Below are positions 12,331-22,510 of a DNA stretch of 64,000 nucleotides, one piece after another. The notes under the pieces are model-generated. The model saw only the letters and a program-made list of their open reading frames with translations, did not search any database and was not told where the DNA came from. How positions within the stretch are numbered: the first letter of the stretch is position 1; every line of letters begins with the position of its first letter. The position numbers were made by a program, and so were the translations under genes. The DNA comes from Blastocladiella emersonii ATCC 22665 (lineage: Eukaryota > Fungi > Blastocladiomycota). Location: the NCBI GenBank assembly GCA_025594325.1, contig JANHCV010000004.1:1860001-1924000 (forward strand), read 5' to 3'.

Positions 12331-13013
12331 GCGATTATGACGACGGGATCGGGGCATGTGCTTGACGACCTAGACTCAAACGATCCCTCCGATGCGACGT
12401 GGCAGCCGGCTTTCAACAAGTCGAAGGAGTTATATTTATATACAGGACCACCATCCGCGGAACAAAAGCTGTTAGGATTCAAACGCACTCGGGGCCAAGA
12501 CGGAAAGCTGAATCATGCCTCGGTCAACGTTGGCAACGGAGCCGAGAGACGTGTGAGACAGGGCCGCGACCACCACGGTAAGAACGAGTAGCCGTTGAAG
12601 TCGATCCGCGACTAATGGATCGCTCTTCGACTTGCGAGACATGCGCCACAAATTCCGTCGCATTGGTCGCACTGGGCTCATGTCGTAGCGTGCGTAAGGT
12701 CATTCGGGTTGTTTGAGCAGGTGCTGGCGATCTGAGACCTTGCGGACGCGAGCGCTCGCGGCGGTCAGCTTGGGCCGCCGCCAGTCCAACGTCATCGACG
12801 AGTCCTCGTTGCATGTGGTCTACATCGTCTGCCATCGTGTCAATGTCTCCTGCAAGGGAAGAGAACTCGACGCGGGTGGTGGCGGCGGCGATGAGTGACG
12901 CGTGCTGCTTCGAGTCACCGCTCTCCGCCGCCCACGCCCATCGCTCACTACTCGGTGTCGATGCCAGCGAATGAATAACTTGATTTGACTTGGTGCACCA
13001 GCTTCCGGATACC

Positions 13014-13954
13014 ATGTCGACTCCAACCCCGGACGTTGCGGCTGTTTCCCCGACCCCGAGTGCGACTCCAAGCTCGGCGGCGGCGCCCGCGGCACCTCCC
13101 GTGGCAGCCCCGATTGATCTCACCGACGCCCCGCTTGCTGTACGAGCCTATTTTACGACAGACGGGCCGCCTGGATCGGGCTTCTGCCGGCTCCCGGCAT
13201 GGTTCATGCTGTATCCGTTCATTCGAAACCTCGATCCGCCGCCGCCCGAGTTGCCGTACGACGACGAGGCGATCGAGGAGGAAGACGAAGATGCCGAGGG
13301 TCAGCCTTTTGAGTCCGACTTTCGCATCTCCGTCCGCCAGCTCGTCGCGCTTTTCCGCGACAACGTGCTTGAGCGTGGAGAGACCCAGATCCCCGTCTAC
13401 TACGAAGTACTACCGGACGTTGGTGATTTTCTGCACGGCGACGTCGTTTTCGTCAGCTCCGACGATCGATTCTTTCTGCCTTGGGCCGAAGCGGGCGCTG
13501 CACCCGTCTGGCGGTACGCTTTCTGTCTCACCTCAGCTCCGCCACTCGTCAACGCTAACCCTGCGACTACAACAGGCCGTTGTGCAAGTACGGCTTGGAC
13601 CCGAACTGCCAGGAACCGGGTTGCACGCCGTCCGACGACTATATCGACCACGAGATGGAGTATCAACATGGAACTGTCCCGGAGCTTCCGCCTGCTTTCT
13701 GGTCCCTCGACTTCCTTACTCAGCACGAGGAGCTACTTGCCGGCGTTGACGCTTTGATTGCTCTGTTCGAGGCCAACGGCCTTGCCTTCGAAACTGCGCA
13801 TCCGTTCTCTCCGCTCACGCGCAAACCCGGTGACATGTTCTACGAGAAGCGGTTCGAGCGCTTCGCACTTGTCCGCGACGACCTCACGCTCACGTACGCG
13901 AAACCTTCTTTTGAGACGGGTTTTGTGCTCCATTTGCTCATCCGCGCACGGTGA
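13014..13954 (+). CDS. Hypothetical protein with C-x7-C-x4-C motif; intron 13514-13575; may continue to ~14120 or 14643
   Basis: Coding-like ORFs joined by a GTACGC..GCTAAC..CAG intron. No family recognised. Confidence 0.55.
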
Positions 13955-14037
13955 GTCTTCTAGTTACTTTTGCAAGTTCGGCCTCGCCGAGAATTGCAAG
14001 CAGCGCAACTGCCTGCACGGCGTAGTACCGCCATCTC

Positions 14038-14643
14038 TTGGGTCCGACGCAGACGCGCGAGCTCACGATCTGGTGCATGATGAATGCCCGCGCCTTCTCG
14101 TCGCTTTTCACGGTTCCTGATGCGCACCGCGTCCCGGGCGGGCTGTATTTTTTCATGGATCGCGTTTGCTTCGCCGTGGTCCTCGTGCGCGGCGGGCGCA
14201 ACAAGTTCTTCTCGCTTTGCACCACGCACCAGCTTCGCGGGTGCAGCAACGGCGACTGTAGCGAGCATCGCAGCTCGCCGCAACGCGGCCGGATCCCGCT
14301 TCTTTCGAAGGCCATGGCCGAGCTGCCGGTACTTACTGCGATCCCGAGCGGACTCGGACCGGGCGACGCTGGAAAGCTTTTCCTTGTCGCGACCAAAGGC
14401 TACCCAAATCTGCTCGTGTACTGCAACCTTCCGGGCGATGGGGGCCAACCGTTTTTGTGCTGCCCCGTCCTGCAGTGCCTGAGCATCTGCTGCCCCTTCG
14501 AGTGCTGCAGCCCGCCCTGCGGCGAACAGGGCCACCACTCGTGGATCTGCGATAAGTGCAAGCCGTGGGGCATGACGGCCGCGTACGACTACTTGCGGTG
14601 GGCGCCGCTTCAGCTGCTCCCTGAGCCTGCAAGCGAGTTGTGA
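14038..14643 (+). CDS. Cys-rich hypothetical ORF (separate gene or frameshifted continuation of the upstream gene)
   Basis: 201-aa ORF containing 'CTTHQLRGCSNGDCSEH' and a C-terminal Cys cluster. No homology recognised. Confidence 0.35.
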   Translation: MGPTQTRELTIWCMMNARAFSSLFTVPDAHRVPGGLYFFMDRVCFAVVLVRGGRNKFFSLCTTHQLRGCSNGDCSEHRSSPQRGRIPLLSKAMAELPVLTAIPSGLGPGDAGKLFLVATKGYPNLLVYCNLPGDGGQPFLCCPVLQCLSICCPFECCSPPCGEQGHHSWICDKCKPWGMTAAYDYLRWAPLQLLPEPASEL

Positions 14644-15215
14644 GCAAAGAGCGTTCGTGTTTGTTTCCTTCGTTGTATTTCTATCTCCGCGTGCGTTTTA
14701 ATCAGAAGTATCGAGTTTGATTCGGCTGCATATGATTGCGTCCTTCGGTGGACCGTGAAGGTCGCGTTGCTCATCCGCGCGTGACGCGTTTCACCCTCGC
14801 CGATCACCGCCGCTGTGGTCGCTCGCCGAACCTGACCCCGAACCCGGCAGCCGCCGTGCATCTCATCTGGTCCACTCTTGTGTGAGTTTGACTAAAGCGT
14901 GCCTAGACTATTCAACGCACTCGCGCAATCTCGAGCAGCGACCGCCGACGCCGCGGCCACCCGCCACGACTTCACACGACGAGGCAATACAGAGCGAGTA
15001 CATGCAATATTTTTTAGTATTTTTGAGGTTACGAGTGAGGGGAGGGTGTGTTACAGCGGCAACGCGGGCGTCGTCGCGCTCGCCACGACGGCCGCCGCGA
15101 CCACCACCGCGAGGGCGCCAGCCGCCGCCATCCACCACGCGCGGCGGCTGCCCGGCAGCAGCGCCGCAGTGGCCGGCGCCGCCCGCGCACCGCCATCGCC
15201 ATCGGCACTGTCTAG

Positions 15216-16355
15216 TCACAGGAAGGAACCATACCCGAACGCCATCTTGATGCGGTTGAAGACGGTAGTCCAGTGGTTCTCGACGGCGGCGCGCTGGTCG
15301 GTCGGGATCCCCGAGTGCTTGAGGGCGACGCGGGTCGCGTCCGACAGCTGGGTGAAGATGAGCGTCACGTCGCTCGACGCGGTGGCGGCGGGCCACGCGC
15401 CGAGGCGCCACTTGAGCGAGAGCTCGGTCGGCGACAGCGCGGCGATCTCGGCGTGCACCTGGCCGAAGATGGACCACGCGCCGCCGACCTTGGGGTCAAT
15501 CGTCGACTGGCCCTGCGTCCAGTGCCGCAGACGGCCAGCGTCCGTGAAGCACCCGTGCGCGTCCGACAGGCTGCACCGCAGCTCCGTCGCGTACGTGTAC
15601 TCGGTCGTCGACGCCTTGGTCTTGGGCTTGGCGGCGGGCGTCGGGGACGCGGGCTTGGAGGCGGGCACAGCGGCGGTGGCGGCGGGTTTCGCGGGAGCGG
15701 CAGCGGGCGCGGGGGTGGAGGTAGAAGTAGCGGCAGCGGCGGCGGCCTTGCCCTTACCCATGCGCTGCTCGACCGAGAAGGTGTTGGCGAACGAGGCGTC
15801 CGTGTCCATGGTGGCGGCGAGGCGCTTGCGCTCCTCGAGGTCGGCGGTCGGGAGCTGGGCCGAGGGGACGGCGCCGTCGATGAAGACGCCCTCGGACTGG
15901 GACGCCTGGAGGTCCTTGGGGAACTGGCGCAAGACCTTGACGACGTGCGGGCGCAAGCCCTTGCGGATGGCGGCGCGCACGGGGTCCTTGGCGCGGGCGT
16001 CGTCGTTGACGGTGACGTTAAAGACGAGGTCGTCCTCGTCCGTGTCGTGGGCGATCTCCGGGACGGCGATGCGACCGGCGGCGGCGAGGTCGCCCGGCCC
16101 GCGCGACGTCCAGGTCATGTGCAGCTTGATGTCGTAGATGGTGATGAGCTTGCCCTTGCGCACGTTCAGGCTGCAGTCGCCCGTCAGCTCGGTCACGTCG
16201 GTGATGGCGACGTGCACGCCGTCGCAGTCGAAGGCGATCTTGCCCAGCTCGCGCGTCAGGTACTCCTTGGCGAACGGAAGCGAGTCCTTAGTCACCCAGT
16301 GCCAGTTGCCCGCGTTGCGCCAGTTCTTGTCCTCGGTCGGCGGCGTCTGCGTCAT
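15216..16355 (-). CDS. AHA1: Hsp90 co-chaperone Aha1
   Basis: 'NWRNAGNWHWVTKDSLPFAKEYL', 'LNVRKGKLITIYD', C-terminal START-like domain ending 'ENHWTTVFNRIKMAFGYG'. Confidence 0.95.
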   Translation of the reverse strand: MTQTPPTEDKNWRNAGNWHWVTKDSLPFAKEYLTRELGKIAFDCDGVHVAITDVTELTGDCSLNVRKGKLITIYDIKLHMTWTSRGPGDLAAAGRIAVPEIAHDTDEDDLVFNVTVNDDARAKDPVRAAIRKGLRPHVVKVLRQFPKDLQASQSEGVFIDGAVPSAQLPTADLEERKRLAATMDTDASFANTFSVEQRMGKGKAAAAAATSTSTPAPAAAPAKPAATAAVPASKPASPTPAAKPKTKASTTEYTYATELRCSLSDAHGCFTDAGRLRHWTQGQSTIDPKVGGAWSIFGQVHAEIAALSPTELSLKWRLGAWPAATASSDVTLIFTQLSDATRVALKHSGIPTDQRAAVENHWTTVFNRIKMAFGYGSFL

Positions 16356-16627
16356 GGTGTCGATTGCGTAGCAGTGAGTGGATGAGTCGGCAGCAGCGAG
16401 GATAAGGGAGAGAGAGGGAGAGCGCCGATCCGAAGCGCACCGACCACCGGTGGCCGAGCAGCGGCAGCCGAAGTTGGCGGAACGACGCGCCGACACGCGT
16501 GGCAGGCCGCCCAGGTGATGTCTCCACCCGACTGTCTCCACCCGTTTTCCGCTCGGCCCGCGACGCGATCGCCTCGAGCTCTCCCAACCGTTTCCCCGAA
16601 CGTGCAATGCAATACACTTGATCCACC

Positions 16628-17634
16628 ATGTCAACCGAATCCATCACTAGCATCGTGATCGTGCGCGGCGGGATCGCGCTGGCCGAGTACTCGCCACCGC
16701 CAGCACCAGCTGCGACGACGCGGGGCGTGACCTTCGTTGCAGGAGAGAGAGAACCGCTCATCAAGCCCGAGAGCAAGGATGCGGGCTACGGTGCTGCCGC
16801 CGTCGCGGATCCATCACCGCGGGCCGCGCCCCCCCTCGCCGAGCTCAACTACCCCGGCCTCGCGATGCTGCCCGCGCTGCGGACCGTGGCGAACCAGATG
16901 CGCGCCAATCCCGTCGGACGGATCTCGGTTCCACCAAGGTGCGGACGCTGGGCCCTTGTCTACCCGTGGGCGGGAGCGCTGACGTTGCGAGAGTAGATCG
17001 GCGATCCACTACCTGAGCGACCCGGACCGCGGCCAGCTCGTCATCGCCGTGCAGTGCAGCGAGGCATACCGTACGCTGCGTGCCACCACACCCGCCCTCA
17101 CCAAACCTGACCCACCCACTCCCGCATAGCCCCGCGCGCCGCCCTGATCCTGCTGAAGTCCGTCCACGACCGGATCAAGGACCTGCCCGGCCTCCTGACC
17201 TGTCCCTCAATGGGCCTGCAACCTTCCGCGCAGCCGCTCCTACGCCAGTGCATCGACGAGCACCGCGCGCAGTTTCGTGACGCGTGGACGACGGCGCGCG
17301 AGCAGCTCGACGACGTCAAGGGCGTCATGATCAGCAACATTGAGCAGGTCCTGAGCCGCGGCGACAAGCTCGAGGACCTCGTGTCGCGCACCGACGCGCT
17401 CAACACCACGGCCGTCGGATTCCACGCGCGCGCACGGAGCGTCGCGCAGGACGCGAGGGCCAGGCGGTGGCGCGCGGTCGCGGCGGTGGTTGTCGTGGGA
17501 CTGGTACGTGGCTCACTCCTGGCGACGGCGCTGGACTGATGGGTGCGAACGCGCGTGTGTAGCTCGTCGTCTTCGCCATCGTGTGGGCAAGCTGCGGGTT
17601 CCCGTCGTTTGACCAGTGCGCGCCGCGGCGCTGA
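16628..17634 (+). CDS. VAMP7-like longin R-SNARE; introns ~16940-16996, ~17071-17129, ~17504-17562
   Basis: R-SNARE core 'QLDDVKGVMISNIEQVLSRGDKLEDLVSRTDAL..F', TM helix, C-terminal 'CGFPSFDQC', longin-like N-terminus. Confidence 0.8.
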
Positions 17635-17786
17635 CGCTGACCACGCGCGCAGTGCCGGAACGACCATGCACGCGAGTGCAGAGCCTCGAGTCCGAGAATA
17701 CTCTTCACGAGCGAGACCTGGATCGATGGACGGAGACGGATATATCCCAAAAGTCATGCACACACGCGCGCACATCGGTGCTCAGC

Positions 17787-19705
17787 TCAGTAGTCATCCT
17801 CGTCGTCCGATATGTAAACGACCTCGCTCTCGGCGCCGCCAGCCGGCCCTTCGTCGTCGTCGTCGTCGATGACAATGGTTTCCGTGACCTTGGCTGGCGC
17901 CGGCTTCGTTAGCGCCGGGGCAGCCTTGGCCGCCGCTGATGATGCCCGCCGAGCCTCGGTCGCGGCGGCCGTCATGGAGCGGGTCTTTGGCCGGTGCGCC
18001 ACGTCGGGGGACGGGGGCGCGGGTTTCGCCCTTGGCGGCTGCGGGGCGGGCTTGGCGGCGGGGGCAGCGGGAGGCGCGCGCGGGAGGGACGCGGGCTTGG
18101 CCTTGCTCGCAGCGGCGGCGGCAGTGGCGGCCTGCTTCTGGTCGTGGCGGTCGACGTCAGCCATGAGCTTCTTGTAGATCTCGACGAGCTGGGAGCGGCG
18201 GGCGGCGATGCGCGGGTCGATCTTGAGGATGAGGCCGAGGAGGGTGCGCGGGGTGCGGTTGTTGGCCTTGCTCTTGTACATGGCGTGGGTGAGGAACTGG
18301 TACGAGGAGGCGAAGGCGGCCTTGATCTGCTCGGTGAGGCGGGCGCCGGCCGTCAGGTTGTTATCGCGGTTGCCCGGGTCGATGACCATGTAGTGTCCGG
18401 GGCCCTGCATGTTGCGGATCCCCGTGCGGTTCTTGTCGACAAACTTGCTCTCGTAGACAGCGACGCTGCGCGCGTTGTGGCTGAGGCCGTACAGCTCGAG
18501 CCACTCGACGAGCATGGTGCCGAGGTTCTCCTCGGGCTTGAGCTTGCGCGCGGAGACGAGCGGGTGGGTGTTGAGGAAGGCGAGGGTCATGGTGATGATG
18601 GTGTAGGAGGAGATGCCGCCCGTGAACACCTCGTTGAGCTCGCGCGAGAAGAGGAACATTTTCAGGACCAGGACGAGCGGGCGCAGCGCCGGGTGCGCGA
18701 CCATGCGGCGGCGCACCAGGTCGACCGTGTCGAGCCCGTTGGTCTGGTCAATCGACACGTCGATGCAGAAGCCCGTCTGCTTGTGCACGGCCTTGACGAT
18801 GGGCACGCGCGCGTACGGGATCGCCTCGACCTTGGAGTACTCGCCCGAGTTGCGCAGCTGGTTGGCCAGCCGGTGGATGTAGTTGGGCCCGGACCGCTGC
18901 TGGTACGTGCCGTACCGGTTGCCACCACCGCCGTTGGACAGCTGCACCGTCATGTCAATGTCGCTGTGCGGCAGGTACAGCTGCGTCTGGAACGACCCGA
19001 ACACGAGCACCCGCGCCTGCTTCGAGATGCACTTTTCCACATTGGACTGCACCGACGACACGACCAGCTCGCGCAGGAAGTGCTCCTCCTCGGTCGGCTG
19101 CATGAACTCGACGAAGTCGACTATTTCCTCGTGCAGCCTACGGGTCGAGGGCGGGGCGTTAGTGTCCGCGGTCCCGACGCGTGTTCGGGGAGAGCAGTCA
19201 CGCACATGCGCGCCATGTCGGTCGAGTACGGCTCGCTGCGGACCCAGATGGGCCGGCCGGTGCCGGCGACCATGGCGCCGACGGCCCCGGAGAAGTCGTC
19301 GGGCAGGACGCGCGGGCGCTTGTTGCTGTTGGGGTTGCCGAAGACGGGCGCGGGGATGGCCGGCGGCGGGGGCGGCGGCGGCGCGCCACCGTCGTCGTCG
19401 TTGTCGTCGTCGTCGCTATCGAGCTCGTCGGCCTTGCGCTTCTTGGTGGCCGCCATTGGGACCGCCTGCGCCGTAGCCGTCCCTGCCTCTGCCAAGGCCG
19501 CGTCGGCTGCCACTGCGCCGAGGATGGCGGCCGACGCGTCGGCGATAGACGGCGTGCCGGCGTCGGCGGCGGGCGTGGCCTGGCCGCTCTCGCCGTCCGA
19601 GTGCCCCGGCGTGGCCCACGGGTTGTCGGCGGGCCCGTCGAGGCCGTCGTCGGCGTCGCTGTCCGACGACAGGGCGATGAACTCTTGCTCCTCGGTCGCG
19701 TTCAT
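17787..19705 (-). CDS. TRF4: Non-canonical poly(A) polymerase Trf4/PAPD5 (TRAMP); one intron near 19140-19205
   Basis: 'LHEEIVDF', 'VFGSFQTQLYLPHSDID', 'ARVPIVK', 'LNEVFTGGISSY', 'NLGTMLVEWLELYG', 'IDPGNRDNN'. Confidence 0.92.
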
Positions 19706-19928
19706 GGTAGTGTGCGGGGCGGATTCGGTGCCCGCGAGCGCGGGAGGGAGGAAGAGCAAACAGCGAGGGGGCGCGGCAGCGGAGGTGCGAGACGGCGGAG
19801 CGCGGGCGTCAGGTGACGGCTCGCTGACCTGCTGCCACGTTCCGCCGCGAGCGCGTTCTTCTTTCGGCGGATCGCCGCCACACGCTCCCTCTCTCTCACG
19901 CCCACCCTCAAAGCAACGTATCGACACC

Positions 19929-20939
19929 ATGACAGACCGCGTGCTTAAGAAGCTCAAGATCTCGCTCGAGAATGGCGACTACTACGGCGCCCACCAGATG
20001 TACCTGACCGTGTGCAACCGGTAAGTGTGCTGTGCTGTCTGTCCCATGACCCCGCGAGCCGCACACGCTCACGCGCATACCGCACGCAGCTACGTCAAGG
20101 GCAAGAAGCTCGACGAGGCCGTGGAGCTGCTGACGACGGGCACCAAGCTGCTCGTCGAGCACAAGCAGTACGGCAGCGCGCTCGACATGGCGACCGTGAT
20201 CGTCAAGACGTGGACCGACGAGAGCACGCCCGTCACGGACGCGATGCTGGGCCGGCTGCTGGATCTGCTCGACCTTTTCGCCGGCGACAGCCGCGAGTTT
20301 GGCGAGCTCGTCAACTCGGGCATCAAGTGGTCGGCCAAGAACGGCGAGTTTGCCACGGGCGAGCCGGCGCTGCACCACCACGTCGGCGTCACGTACGCGG
20401 ACGCGGGCATGTTCGACAAGGCGCACCGCCACTTCATGCTCGGCACCGCCGACTCGGCCGAGTCGCTCGCCGTGCTGCTGCTCAAGCGCGCCACCACCAA
20501 GGAGGACGAGGGCCCGCTGCCCACCACCGCCGAGATGGCGTACATGGCGCTCGCCCCCGCCATGCAGTACCTGTCGTCGCACCGGTTCGCCTACGCGCTC
20601 ACCTTCTTCAACACGTTCGTGCGCCACCTCGAGGAGCTCGACCCCGCCGTCAAGGCCACCTCGCTCCCGACCCCCGTCACCACCTCCAACCACTTCACCG
20701 TGTACGCGGTGCCCGTGCTCAACTTCGTGCACCTGGTCCTGCTCACGAGCCAGCGCGGGCCCGCCGCCGCCCAGGGGTTCCAGGTCCTGTGCTCGCAGTA
20801 CGCCGGCGCCTACGCCCAGGACGACATCCCGCTGCTCGAGCGCGTCGGCGAGACCGTGTTCGGCCTGCGCACCCAGAAGCCCCAGGGCAACAACATGCTC
20901 CAGGAGCTCATGTCCTCGCTGCTCGGCGGCATGCAGTAG
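19929..20939 (+). CDS. GET4: GET pathway protein Get4; intron ~20022-20089
   Basis: 'GDYYGAHQMYLTVCNR', 'IKWS..GEPALHHHVG', C-terminal 'GETVFGL..LQELMSSLLGG'. Divergent from TRF4 with ~220 bp between ATGs. Confidence 0.9.
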
Positions 20940-20978
20940 TCAGCTATCTCCTTGTATACATATTTTTGCCCACCACTG

Positions 20979-21795
20979 TCACCCGGCCCGCGGCTCGATG
21001 CGCAGCACCAGCGTCTCGCCGCTCGCCACCGCCTCGCCAAGCGGCAACGCGCTGACGAGCGTCTCGCCCGAGCTCTCGCACACGAGCGCGACCTGGTGCG
21101 CCACGACCGTCTCGTTCCACGACCGGCCCGTGAGCGGAAACACGACGTCGATGGCGCGGCCCACGGGCGCGACCGTCGAAAAGTACACGACCGCGTCGGG
21201 CTTCCCGTCGGGCAGCCGCACGCGGTGGTACGACCGCTGCGCCGCGGGGATCGACGGCGCGCCTTTCGCGATCTGCTTGAGCTTCATCAGCTCGAGGAGC
21301 GGGATCTTCTTCTTCGGGGCTGGTCGCGCGGGCGCGGGTGCAGAAGGGGGAGTGGAAGGGGTGGGAGCGGGCTTGGGGAAGTTCTTGGCGAGCAGCGCGC
21401 GCGCCTTGGCCTGCGGGTCCGCGACGTCCGCGAGCGCCGCGCACGCGTGCTGGTCCTGGTGCCGGTGACTACGGCGACCACACGCCGACGTGAGCCTCTC
21501 GATCATACTCCGTTCAAGTACGATCGTACGCCGGGCAGAAGCTCTGCGCGCATGCCGCACACGGCACCGTGACGCGCGCGTCCGACCTGCACGCGGCGAC
21601 GCCGCACGGCGGCCGTTCCGCGACCGGTCCAGCGGCGGCGGCGGGCCGCGCCACGGCTGCGGTACACCCGTGCGCGTCGGGCAGGGCGTGGTCGCGGCAA
21701 AAGTCGAGCCCGCAGTCCGGGCACGCGATGGGCAGGAAGTCGTGCAGCCCGCAGGCGCGGTTGCTGCAAGTCTTGCCGACGTGTGGGAGCTCCAT
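20979..21795 (-). CDS. ZFAND1: AN1 zinc-finger protein with C-terminal ubiquitin-like domain (ZFAND1/Cuz1-like); one intron ~21466-21525
   Basis: 'MELPHVGKTCSNRACGLHDFLPIACPDCGLDFCRDH..HGC', second AN1 'CAACAQSFCPAHRHQDQHAC', 'LMKLKQIAKG..IPAAQR', 'VGRAID'. Confidence 0.85.
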
Positions 21796-22184
21796 GGCGC
21801 GGTACAGCGGTGATGGGTGAGGAGAGGGTGACATCAGGGACCGCGACGAAGTCTGACTCGCGCCCCGACACGTTCCGACCCCGATAGCGCGGCGCGCCGA
21901 GCCCACGGCCACGGCCACGGCCATCATCACCACCAACTCGACGGCGGCCACGCTGGCAGCGGAGCACCACTGCCCACGTTTCCTCATCATCAGCCGAGGG
22001 TTCCGCGAGGGGAGGAGACCAATCGAAGGCCGACGCGTCGACCGGCCGGGCTTGCGCCGCTGACATCACCGCGAACAACACGGCGCGTGTGGCGCTTCGC
22101 GTCAGGGACCGAATCATCCGCGGCGATTGGCCTCACCATGCCGCAACGTCACGGCGACGGCGGCGACGCTGGCCCGAGCGGTGG

Positions 22185-22217
22185 CTGCGAGCAGGGCTGC
22201 GAGCAGGGCTGCGAGCC
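22185..22217 (+). repeat. Short tandem repeat (GGCTGCGAGCAG) x ~2.7 between ZFAND1-like and the P450 gene
   Basis: Directly visible in the sequence. Confidence 0.8.
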
Positions 22218-22510
22218 GGATCCACACGGGCGCGCCGCACACGCCATGAGCTGGCCGGGAGACGTTCCGCGGCGCGATAAAAAGGCGGCGGGCCCGCGCG
22301 CCAGCGCAGTGTCTCCCTCCCCACTTCTTCACACCTTCCCGCCCGCCTGCTTCTTTCGATCGTGCCGCCGGATCCGACGCGTCGCACGCTCTGGCTCGCA
22401 CTCTTAACCCGTTCTCCCCTCCTGCTCTCCTCGCTCTCTCCCCCCCGTGAGCGCCCGTCGTCCAAGCGCGCGCGTTCCCCTACTTGCGCACCCTTGCATA
22501 CTCGCACACC

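Noticed and set aside
17994-20024. 676-aa + strand ORF (likewise 24071-26365 -, 43839-46199 +, 59725-61596 +, 38498-40273 + and many others)
   Set aside because: These are antisense or off-frame shadows of real genes. High GC3 suppresses stop codons, and the translations are Arg/Gly/Ala-rich with no domains.
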